From an uncultured Bacteroidales bacterium (GTDB lineage: Bacteria > Bacteroidota > Bacteroidia > Bacteroidales > FEN-979), in assembly GCA_903885595.1 (NCBI GenBank), contig CAISJJ010000044.1:4325-68324 (forward strand): 64,000 nt of DNA, written 5' to 3'. This document shows positions 1 through 8,340 of this stretch, piece after piece. Position numbers and translations under genes: made by a program. The notes below the pieces were generated by a model. That model saw only the letters and a list, made by a program, of their open reading frames with translations, did no database searches and was not told the DNA's origin. How positions within the stretch are numbered: position 1 is the first letter of the stretch; the number at the start of each line of letters is the position of its first letter.

Positions 1-1
1 C

Positions 2-1606
2 GCAATGCTCCTTCCATGGGAAAAACCTGCAGATGTGCTTGACTGCTTCAAAGCGCTCATCGAAAGCTTAAGGCTGAGCATCATGAAGGAGCCGGCCGAA
101 AAAACAACTCCCACTGACAACAGGCAAATGGAGCAGGAATACCTGTTCGCCTATACCAAAATTGTTCATCAGCTTAAAAATCTATTAGCAGCTTACCCAT
201 CCGATCTGAAGATCCCGGCATTTTACCAGCTGTATGAAGAGGTTGTTTCAGCCACCAGCCTGCCTTTTTATGGAGAGCCGCTCAAAGGAGTGCAGTTGAT
301 GGGTATGCTCGAAACCAGAACGCTTGATTTCGACAATATCGTGATCCTGTCATGCAACGAAGATCTGCTGCCAAGCGGAAAGATCAACACATCCTTTATT
401 CCGTTCGACATTAAAAGGAATTTTGGACTGCCAACATATCGTCATAAAGATTCAGTTTACGCCTATCATTTCTACCGGCTGATCCAAAGGGCGCAGAATA
501 TTCACATTCTTTACAATACTGAACCAGACCAGTTGGGCGGGGGCGACCGCAGCCGTTTTCTCAGGCAGATTGTGCAGGAACTTCCTTCATACAACCCGCG
601 GATTGAGATCAGGGAGATGATCCTGGCTTCGCCGCCCGTCAAAGGGGAACCCTTTCCGGTAATTGAAATTCAAAAGACCGGTGACATTGCAACGATCCTT
701 GAGGAGAAATCAGTAAAAGGATTTTCTGCATCCTCCATGAACGCCTACCGGAATTGTTCTCTGAAATTTTATTATGCTGAGATTGCAGGCATCAGGGAGC
801 CCGAAGATGTGGATGATACGATCGACCCTGTCGTTCTGGGCAATGCCGTACACGAAGCGCTGCATAATCTGTTCAAACCGTTCATCGGTCAGACCATGAC
901 AACTGCGATCCTGCAGGAGATGGAAAAAATATCAGACGAGGCAATCGATAAGGCCTTTGGAAAGAAATTCAAGGGCTCTGATGTCGCTTATGGTAAAAAC
1001 CTGCTGCTTGTCAGGGTGGCTAAGTTGATGGTGCAACGGTTTCTTGCGTTTGAAATCAACAGGGTGGAGGAGATGGAGCAATCGGGAAAACATTTTTCTG
1101 TGGAGTTCTTAGAGCAAATAGTTGAACATCACATCAATATTCAATATGGTGGACATAGCTTCCCGGTCAGGCTGAAAGGCTTTATCGATCGGGTGGATAA
1201 GATGGAGGGCTGGTGGAAGATCATTGATTATAAAACTGGGATTACAGAAGCGAAGCATGTGAAGGTGAAGGAATGGGATGACCTGGCAGATAATCCTGAC
1301 CTCAACATTGGATTTCAGCTGCTTTTATATGGTTATCTGCTCGGCAACCGCTTTAGCAACCCCATAAGTTCCAGCGCAGGAATTATTTCACTGCGGAAGA
1401 TCCACTCCGGCTTCACTGCAGTGAATGTTCCGGACGGGGAATCCGGGAAATTGTCAGCCATGTTGGACAGTTCGAAACTGGCAAGGTTTGAAGAGGTGAT
1501 CCGGGATATTTTACAGAATATATATGACCTTTCAAGGCCATTTTCGCAAACCAGGGATCTGAAGATCTGCGAACGATGTCCCTATATCAATCTTTGCGGA
1601 CGTTAA
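2..1606 (+). CDS. PD-(D/E)XK nuclease family protein, AddB-like (C-terminal part; 5' end outside window)
   Basis: The ORF is open to the left window edge. It has a RecB-type nuclease core (GFIDRVDK, IIDYKTG). One upstream Cys (NCSLKFYY) and a terminal CERCPYINLC (CX2CX5C) match the Fe-S arrangement of AddB/Cas4-type nucleases. Confidence 0.6.
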   Translation, partial: AMLLPWEKPADVLDCFKALIESLRLSIMKEPAEKTTPTDNRQMEQEYLFAYTKIVHQLKNLLAAYPSDLKIPAFYQLYEEVVSATSLPFYGEPLKGVQLMGMLETRTLDFDNIVILSCNEDLLPSGKINTSFIPFDIKRNFGLPTYRHKDSVYAYHFYRLIQRAQNIHILYNTEPDQLGGGDRSRFLRQIVQELPSYNPRIEIREMILASPPVKGEPFPVIEIQKTGDIATILEEKSVKGFSASSMNAYRNCSLKFYYAEIAGIREPEDVDDTIDPVVLGNAVHEALHNLFKPFIGQTMTTAILQEMEKISDEAIDKAFGKKFKGSDVAYGKNLLLVRVAKLMVQRFLAFEINRVEEMEQSGKHFSVEFLEQIVEHHINIQYGGHSFPVRLKGFIDRVDKMEGWWKIIDYKTGITEAKHVKVKEWDDLADNPDLNIGFQLLLYGYLLGNRFSNPISSSAGIISLRKIHSGFTAVNVPDGESGKLSAMLDSSKLARFEEVIRDILQNIYDLSRPFSQTRDLKICERCPYINLCGR

Positions 1607-3149
1607 GCTCCTTCTCTGAGAAAACGCAGGCCTCATAGGTGAACAGTTCGGCATCCTTCCATCCGTCCCAGCCGATTCCAGCCTTGTCGCGGGCACAGTG
1701 GCCCAGGAATTCCTCCTTGCTCCACCCGGTTTCTGTTGCTACCTGGGGTAAAAAAGTGCCTGAATAAAAACCTTTTTTTATATAAATCCCATGTTTTCCG
1801 AGGATGATCTCATCAGTTGATTGAATTTTCTTCAGGGGTGATAAAACTGAAATTTCAATATCGATTCCATCAATCTCCTTTGCCCTGACAGGCTCAAAAC
1901 GGGTGTCTTCGGTTGAAGATGCAACGGCCATTTGCCTGATCAGCTGGTAAAGCGGCATATCGGAGGAGAACCTTCCGATACAGCCGCGTAATTCACCATT
2001 TTCCTTCAGGGTGACAAAGGCGCCTGCCTTGATTTTAAGGTTTTCGCCGTAGGTTTTTGCATCGTCATCTGGGATCCGCCTGTCGCGGATGTAAACCAGA
2101 ATTGTATTCCGTGCGATGCGGAGCAGGGTAATTTTCTCATCCCGGCTGAAATCAAATCCGGACGGTTTGACCACTCCTTCTGATGTTTTTGAACCAGTTT
2201 GGCTCACATTGGCAGGATTAGGTTTGGTAACGGCCAAAGACCAGTAGCCGACTACCTGCTGTTTATCTCCATATCTTGAATCACCCGAATTCATATATTG
2301 TACCGGGGTGATTTTCATTGCGGGATCACCTGAAGTCAGATAGAGCATCGTCAGGACAGAGGTCCAGCCGCAGAGATTGGTGGCCAGGTTTGATATGGGT
2401 TTGTCCTTATATTCATCGAGCATCTTCATGAGTCCTTCCGGCGAGCCCGCCACGATGGCCTCACAGGTGGCTCTGTCAGCCGCATAGGCATCATCGTAGG
2501 GTGGATAGTGTGAAAAATCGGTGCTGAAAACGAACAGGTTTCGTTCATTGAAATAGGGTTTCAGCGCTATGGCGATTTTTTTGCAGGTTTGCTGCGATTG
2601 CGCGCCAATCACAATGGGTACCAGCAGGAAGTCCTTTTTCAGATGATACTGCAGGAAGGGAATTTGCACTTCGAGACTGTGTTCGGTGCGGTCAGCCTCG
2701 GGATTAAAGGTGAAGACCGGGTTTTCGCTGATCAGTTTTCCTGCAAGTTCCACATTGACCTTCACCTTCCCAAGCGGGGTTACATAATCCCCCTGGTTAT
2801 AGATGGAGGCGCCATTGAAGGAGACCTGGTGGCTGGAGGCGATCACAAAAATATTATCGAATTGTGCATTGGGATCCACCTGGTTGTAACCACTCGCCGC
2901 CACCTGTCCTGAAAAGACATATCCCGCGTGCGGACAAACGATTCCAAGCACGTTATTTACTGTTCGCGATTTTGCCCCGGCAAAGAGATCGGCGAGGGAG
3001 GAGGTAAGCTCTTTGGCGTTGCCAGGGTAGAAACGCCCGGCTGCAGCCGGTTTACGATCGGTTTGATCCGTTTTGTCCTGTCCCGAACATCCCTGGTTGA
3101 AATTGAAAAATAGTCCCATAAGTAAAAGACTCTTGAAAATGATGCGCAT
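1587..3149 (-). CDS. AmmeMemoRadiSam system protein B (Memo-like) fused to protein A (AMMECR1 domain), with N-terminal signal peptide
   Basis: ATG start. The N-terminus MRIIFKSLLLMGLFFNFNQGC is a hydrophobic signal followed by Cys. Memo motif CPHAGYVFSG lies near the N-terminus. The C-terminal third has the AMMECR1 signature GELRGCIGRF...EDTRF...ISVLSP. Confidence 0.75.
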   Translation of the reverse strand: MRIIFKSLLLMGLFFNFNQGCSGQDKTDQTDRKPAAAGRFYPGNAKELTSSLADLFAGAKSRTVNNVLGIVCPHAGYVFSGQVAASGYNQVDPNAQFDNIFVIASSHQVSFNGASIYNQGDYVTPLGKVKVNVELAGKLISENPVFTFNPEADRTEHSLEVQIPFLQYHLKKDFLLVPIVIGAQSQQTCKKIAIALKPYFNERNLFVFSTDFSHYPPYDDAYAADRATCEAIVAGSPEGLMKMLDEYKDKPISNLATNLCGWTSVLTMLYLTSGDPAMKITPVQYMNSGDSRYGDKQQVVGYWSLAVTKPNPANVSQTGSKTSEGVVKPSGFDFSRDEKITLLRIARNTILVYIRDRRIPDDDAKTYGENLKIKAGAFVTLKENGELRGCIGRFSSDMPLYQLIRQMAVASSTEDTRFEPVRAKEIDGIDIEISVLSPLKKIQSTDEIILGKHGIYIKKGFYSGTFLPQVATETGWSKEEFLGHCARDKAGIGWDGWKDAELFTYEACVFSEKELNVRKD

Positions 3150-3191
3150 TGTTTCGTTAACTTTGAACTAAATTCCATGTAAAGATACAAC

Positions 3192-5387
3192 ATGCAGCCC
3201 AAAAATGCAATCCGTTTTATGCTGTTTGGCCTGGGGTTTTTATCAATTGGTACCCAGATTTACCTGATGCGTGAATTCCTTGTGGTAGGCAACGGCAATG
3301 AACTGATCTTTGGCGTGGTCCTGGCGTTATGGATGCTGCTTACCGGCGCCGGCGCGTGGCTTGGCCGGTTCAGCCATTTTCTTTCAGGAAAATCCGGACT
3401 TACCCTTGCTCTGATGATCGTGGCAGGACTATTACCCACGCTGATGATCCTGAACCTCGACCTGGCGAAAGCGATGATGGTTCCTCATGGAAGTATGTCT
3501 GGTATTTGGATGATCGTCGCTGCAGCCACTCTGGTACCATTGCCCTTTTGCCTGCTGAATGGATTCCTCTTTTCATTCCTTAGTGTATTGTCAGCCGGGA
3601 ATACCCTGGCAGAAGCCTATTCGTGGGAATCAATGGGGAGTATGGCATCGGGAGCGCTTGTAAACCTGGTTTTCCTGTGGATGTTCGATCCGTGGCAAAG
3701 TCTGTTGTTCCTGACGGCTGGTTATTTGATCATGGTACTGGTTTTTGCATTCAACATGGAACGCAGAAACCATTTTTACCTGGGCCTTTTTTTCGCTGCG
3801 ATAATTCTGATGGGTTTGCTGTTTGTTGATTTCCGGACATTTTCTGAATCGGTTCTTTACCGCGATCAACAGGTGGTTTCCAATTTGAGCACGCCATACG
3901 GGCAGGTGGTTGTTACGAAAAACCAGGACCAGTTTAATTTTTACGAAAACGGACTGCTTTTATTTTCCGGGGGCAATGAAATAAGCAATGAGGAAAATGT
4001 TCATCCGGCCATGGTTCAGCGAGATCATCCCCGCAGTGTGCTGCTGATCTCAGGCGGGTACTCAGGTACGCTTGATGAGATTCTCAAATATGACCCCGAT
4101 CTCATCGATTATGTGGAGATGAATCCTTCACTCATCCTGATTGGGTCAAAATTTACCAGTCAGCTTGATCATCCTGCGGTCAGGGTAAAAGAAACAGATG
4201 CCCGGAAATTTGTTCGCGCCACGCAACAATCCTATGATATGGCAATGGTCAACCTCCCTGCTCCATTTACTCTTCAGCTGAACCGATACTATACCCTGGA
4301 GTTCCTGACTGAAATCAAAAAAAAGCTTTCTCCGGGAGGGGTCGTTGCCTACAGTCTCCCTACCGGCAGCGACTACGTTAGCGAAGAGGCCGGGCGACTG
4401 AATTCAATTCTTTTTCAGACCCTGAAACATCGTTTCAGCCACGTGCTGATCATTCCCCTGCAACGGAATTATTTCCTGGCTTCCGATTCAGCGCTGGATA
4501 TCGATATCCCCGCATTGGTTCAGCAGAGGGGAATCGAAACGGTTTACGTGAATCAATACTACGTAGATGTCCGACAACTGCGTGAACGATCGGCTTATGT
4601 TGCAAAAAATATTGACTCGACCTACTCGTATTGCCAGGTCTCCACCACACTGAGAGGGTCTCCCACCCTGACAGGGTGTCCCAACAGAGATTTTTATCCT
4701 GTGGCCACATTCTATCAGAACCTGTGGTGGCTGGGTTATTTCACAGTCAGCCCGTTTTGGATTCTGTTCGGTTTCCTGGTTATCCTCGTATTACTTCTGG
4801 CAGGTCTGAATTCAGTCAGCGCCGGATTGTTTACAGGCGGGTTCACGCTTGCATCAACGGAGATCATCCTGATTTTTTCCCTCCAGGTTATCTGGGGGTA
4901 CGTATTCCAGGCGATCGGTGTGATCATCATGGTTTTTATGACCGGATTGGCTGCGGGGGCGGCATCAGGCATGCCATTTTTCCGGATCAAACATTCGCGT
5001 GCCTTTATTATTTTGCAAACCACACTTGCATTATATTGCATTGGGCTGCCATTCCTCCTTTTGCGGTTGAGTTCAGGTAAACATGATGATATATGGGTGC
5101 AGATGATACTCGGGGTTTGCGCATTTCAGGTTGCATTTATGGTTGGAATTGAGTACCGGGTGGCTACGTTACTTGCCCGGAGTTCGCCCCGGAATGCGGT
5201 TGCCCGTCTTTATTCTGCCGACCTGTTTGGTTCTGCAATGGGTGCTTTTGCTACCGCGGCAATGCTTTTCCCGTTTTTCGGGATCGTTTACACCGGTTTT
5301 TTTCTGGCGGTTTTGAATATCTTCAGTGCGATGATCTTTTTCATACAGCATCGAAAATTGGTATCTTTCCTCTGTAAATCGGGTTGA
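3192..5387 (+). CDS. fused MFS-like membrane domain / spermidine synthase-like protein
   Basis: 731 aa with ATG start and many hydrophobic helices at both ends. The central soluble block is aminopropyltransferase-like (VLLISGGYSGTLDEILKY...DYVEMNP). Confidence 0.6.
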   Translation: MQPKNAIRFMLFGLGFLSIGTQIYLMREFLVVGNGNELIFGVVLALWMLLTGAGAWLGRFSHFLSGKSGLTLALMIVAGLLPTLMILNLDLAKAMMVPHGSMSGIWMIVAAATLVPLPFCLLNGFLFSFLSVLSAGNTLAEAYSWESMGSMASGALVNLVFLWMFDPWQSLLFLTAGYLIMVLVFAFNMERRNHFYLGLFFAAIILMGLLFVDFRTFSESVLYRDQQVVSNLSTPYGQVVVTKNQDQFNFYENGLLLFSGGNEISNEENVHPAMVQRDHPRSVLLISGGYSGTLDEILKYDPDLIDYVEMNPSLILIGSKFTSQLDHPAVRVKETDARKFVRATQQSYDMAMVNLPAPFTLQLNRYYTLEFLTEIKKKLSPGGVVAYSLPTGSDYVSEEAGRLNSILFQTLKHRFSHVLIIPLQRNYFLASDSALDIDIPALVQQRGIETVYVNQYYVDVRQLRERSAYVAKNIDSTYSYCQVSTTLRGSPTLTGCPNRDFYPVATFYQNLWWLGYFTVSPFWILFGFLVILVLLLAGLNSVSAGLFTGGFTLASTEIILIFSLQVIWGYVFQAIGVIIMVFMTGLAAGAASGMPFFRIKHSRAFIILQTTLALYCIGLPFLLLRLSSGKHDDIWVQMILGVCAFQVAFMVGIEYRVATLLARSSPRNAVARLYSADLFGSAMGAFATAAMLFPFFGIVYTGFFLAVLNIFSAMIFFIQHRKLVSFLCKSG
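4653..4682. repeat. palindromic motif CACCCTGACAGGGTG (with GAGGGT/TCCC flanks) inside a CDS
   Basis: Perfect 7+1+7 palindrome at 4664-4678. The same 15-mer occurs at 14657-14671, and a 14/15 copy at 45206-45220. Confidence 0.8.
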
Positions 5388-5437
5388 TTTTTATGTGGTG
5401 CGTATAGGAATCATGATTATTATGTAAGTTTGTTACA

Positions 5438-6598
5438 GTGAAAAAAATCTCAAAACGCCAGTTTTTTAAATTCAGCCTTACCGGATTGGGTGGGACAATG
5501 ACCGGACTGAGCCAGGTTGAAATGCTTGCGAAAAAATTGATCCCCATGAAAAACCTTATGATGCCGCCCCCTGCAGGTGGACTTGGAAAATTCAGCAAAG
5601 AATCACCCTACGCCGTAGTAACACCCAAAGGCGTGAAATGCCAGATTTGTCCAAATAACTGCATCCTCGGCGAGGGATTGGACAGCATTTGCCGCACCCA
5701 TGTGGTGAAAGAGGGTAAACTCTATACCATTGCATACGGGAATCCATGTTCCGTTCATGTCGACCCCATTGAAAAGAAACCACTGTTCCATTACCTGCCT
5801 GCCACCCCCAGTTTTTCAATTGCCACGGCCGGATGCAACCTTGCGTGTCTGAATTGCCAGAACTGGGAGATATCGCAGCAAAGTCCGAAAGACACCCGGA
5901 ATGTGGAACTTTTTCCGGCGCAGGTGGTGGAGGAGGCAATCGCGAATCATTGCAAATCAATTGCCTACACCTATTCCGAGCCCATTGCCTTTTACGAATA
6001 CATGTTTGACACTGCTCGCCTGGCCAGATCACGAGGTATCAAAAACCTGCTGATTTCCAATGGCTTCATTAATGAAAAACCACTTCTTGATCTGAGTAAG
6101 TATATTGATGCCGCCAACATAAACTTAAAGTCATTCAGCGAAGAAACCTACGCGAAACTGAACGGCGGCAGCCTTCAGCCAATTTTAAATACACTGAAGA
6201 TACTCAAGGCTGCAGGAGTATGGCTTGAGATCACCAACCTCGTCGTTCCCGGCTGGACGGATGACCTGAGCATGATCAAGGAGATGTGCGACTGGCTTGC
6301 CTCGAATGGCTTTTCCGACACCCCGTTGCACTTCAGCAGATTTCACCCGCTCTATAAATTGACCAGCCTTCCCTATACCCCGCTGACCACGCTCGAAAAA
6401 GCACGCGAAATCGCGTTAAAAACCGGGATCCGCTATGTCTACATTGGCAATGTTCCCGGCACGACAGCTGAAAACACCTTTTGTCCCAAATGTAAAAAAA
6501 CTATGATTGAACGCCGTGGGTTTACCATCCTGGCCAATAACCTGAAAAACGGGTCCTGTAAATTCTGTGATACAAAGATAGCAGGCGTTTGGGGGTAG
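5438..6598 (+). CDS. amrS: AmmeMemoRadiSam system radical SAM enzyme
   Basis: Radical SAM motif AGCNLACLNCQNW (CX3CX2C). Upstream Cys-rich block KCQICPNNC...ICRTH and C-terminal CPKC...CKFC are present. The first in-frame start is GTG at 5438; ATG alternatives are at codons 21, 29 and 37. Confidence 0.8.
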   Translation: MKKISKRQFFKFSLTGLGGTMTGLSQVEMLAKKLIPMKNLMMPPPAGGLGKFSKESPYAVVTPKGVKCQICPNNCILGEGLDSICRTHVVKEGKLYTIAYGNPCSVHVDPIEKKPLFHYLPATPSFSIATAGCNLACLNCQNWEISQQSPKDTRNVELFPAQVVEEAIANHCKSIAYTYSEPIAFYEYMFDTARLARSRGIKNLLISNGFINEKPLLDLSKYIDAANINLKSFSEETYAKLNGGSLQPILNTLKILKAAGVWLEITNLVVPGWTDDLSMIKEMCDWLASNGFSDTPLHFSRFHPLYKLTSLPYTPLTTLEKAREIALKTGIRYVYIGNVPGTTAENTFCPKCKKTMIERRGFTILANNLKNGSCKFCDTKIAGVWG

Positions 6599-6607
6599 TA
6601 TTTTATT

Positions 6608-6707
6608 AACTGCTTATCTCCTTTGAGCAAGTAACTAAAATTGTAACCGGGGTCGGGTCATAAATCCTTATCTTAACCATCAACTTGCTTGAAGGGGATA
6701 AGCAGTT
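6608..6707. terminator. long imperfect inverted repeat between convergent genes (possible bidirectional terminator or MITE-like remnant)
   Basis: The arm aactgcttatctcctttgagcaagt (6608-6632) pairs with acttgcttgaaggggataagcagtt (6683-6707) at 22 of 25 positions. The spacer is about 50 nt. Confidence 0.35.
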
Positions 6708-6711
6708 TTCA

Positions 6712-7809
6712 TTATTGTAACTTTTGAAATATCTCCAGCCGTACCGGCAAATGATCACTGAACCCGCCGTGGTACCGCGGCCCGGTGTAGGTTCGGTTTA
6801 ATTTTTCACCGAAATAGGTGTTATCCTCTTCCAGGAGAAATGAAGATTTGAAAATCAGGACATTCTGCAATCCTGATAGAAGTCCGCCAGAGCCATCAAT
6901 CAATGCCCCGGACACAACGAACTGATCGAAAGTACTCCATTGATCGCGGTATTTCAGGGTTCCTTCCAGTCTGATTTTATTTCTGATACCCATCAGATTG
7001 TACAAAGTGTCGGGATGGAATGCGATTGTGTCGGTATGTGCCTTCAGGATTCGTTTCAGACTCTCATTTTCAGGTTCATCATTGAAATCCCCCATCACTA
7101 CGACGTTGGCAGTTGGATTGCTGCGCTGCACCGAATCAATGAGTCCGCGCAATACCGATGCAACCCAATTCCTTCTGGGTTGAGATCCAAGGTATCCGCC
7201 GCGGCGTGATGGCCAGTGGTTAACGAACAGGGTAATGGTATCTGTCCCGAAAAGAATTCCATGTACCATCAAAATCTCCCTGGTTTGTGCCAGGGTGTCG
7301 AACGGGAAACGGATGCTGACACTTCTGCCGGTCAATACCTTAAACCTGTCAGGCCTGTATATCAGGGCAACATCCACTCCGCGCAGATCGGGCGATTCAT
7401 GGTGAATGCATTTGTACTTCCATGGTTTGAGAGGTGTTTCATAGATAAGCTTATTCAGCACATACCTGTTTTCGACCTCACACAACCCCACAATGGCGGG
7501 TGCCTCCCATTTCCCGATAGCCAAAAGGGTTTTTGCCACATGGTTCAGCTTGCGGCTGAATTTTGACCATGTCCAATGTTTGGATCCCCGCGAGGTGAAC
7601 TCATCATCAAGTTTCGTGGTGTCATCATAGGGGTCATAAAGATTCTCCACATTCCAGAAAACGACGCTGACATTTCGGCTTTTTATTTTTATCGAATCTA
7701 AATTGGCACGATTTTCGCTGTAATTTTCCCTTAATGGGATGTTCGGAATGAGATATGCAAAACATCGGGGTGATATTGTTAAAAGAATGATAATGAGTAT
7801 TTTTTTCAT
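6712..7809 (-). CDS. endonuclease/exonuclease/phosphatase (EEP) family protein, secreted
   Basis: Signal-like N-terminus. EEP motifs present: WNVENL, GLCEVEN, NHWPSRRGG, MGDFND, SDHLPV. Confidence 0.75.
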   Translation of the reverse strand: MKKILIIILLTISPRCFAYLIPNIPLRENYSENRANLDSIKIKSRNVSVVFWNVENLYDPYDDTTKLDDEFTSRGSKHWTWSKFSRKLNHVAKTLLAIGKWEAPAIVGLCEVENRYVLNKLIYETPLKPWKYKCIHHESPDLRGVDVALIYRPDRFKVLTGRSVSIRFPFDTLAQTREILMVHGILFGTDTITLFVNHWPSRRGGYLGSQPRRNWVASVLRGLIDSVQRSNPTANVVVMGDFNDEPENESLKRILKAHTDTIAFHPDTLYNLMGIRNKIRLEGTLKYRDQWSTFDQFVVSGALIDGSGGLLSGLQNVLIFKSSFLLEEDNTYFGEKLNRTYTGPRYHGGFSDHLPVRLEIFQKLQ

Positions 7810-7840
7810 GTGAGAATAATTTGTTTTTTAATGGCCACAT

Positions 7841-7898
7841 GGAATACCCATAATTAACATTCACGGTTTGCATGAACATTGTTCTTATGGGTATTTCA
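7841..7898 (+). repeat. conserved ~58-nt intergenic element, copy A
   Basis: ggaatacccataattaaCATTCACGGTttGcAtGAACaTTgTtCTTATGGGTATTTCA is about 80 percent identical to 20994-21052. The ends GGAATACCCATAA / TTATGGGTATTTC can pair. Confidence 0.65.
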
Positions 7899-8340
7899 TA
7901 ATATTTCAGATTATAGGCAACTTTTTTAGAGTTTCGGTTGTCTCTTAATCGGGAATACATCCAAAAGGTGAAATTAAAACAGATGATTTCTTTAACGTTT
8001 TTTTAACAGTAGATTAACAGTAATTAACACGAATCATGAAAATATCAAATGTAATGCATCGTTTTTCAATTTCAGATATCCACAGATTCTTGTCAATGCA
8101 AAATATAAATGTTAGTAAAAGTCAATTATATTCCCGCTCAGACAAGTCCGATCAATTGGACACTGAGCGGGCGATTGGGAGCTGATCGATGTCGAAAGAC
8201 CCGGCCACGTGTTTTTGAGGTACACTTCTGCTATGCTCAGTGTTCGGCTTTGCTCAATGTGCCAGATCTGTTGAAAATGTCATTACGTAGTAGATGTAAT
8301 TTGTGAGTTAAACCTGGTTAAACGAAAAGAACAGAATGTT

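Noticed and set aside
1009-1019. TGTCAGGGTGG, an 11-nt half-site of the dispersed palindrome, inside the AddB-like gene
   Set aside because: Only one arm is present and the other half of the palindrome is missing. It could be chance or a decayed copy, and I cannot distinguish these without genome-wide counts.
8109-8306. 65-aa track ORF in the long htrA upstream region
   Set aside because: Its translation shows no recognisable motifs and it has no promoter box. The region is more plausibly non-coding leader or RNA.
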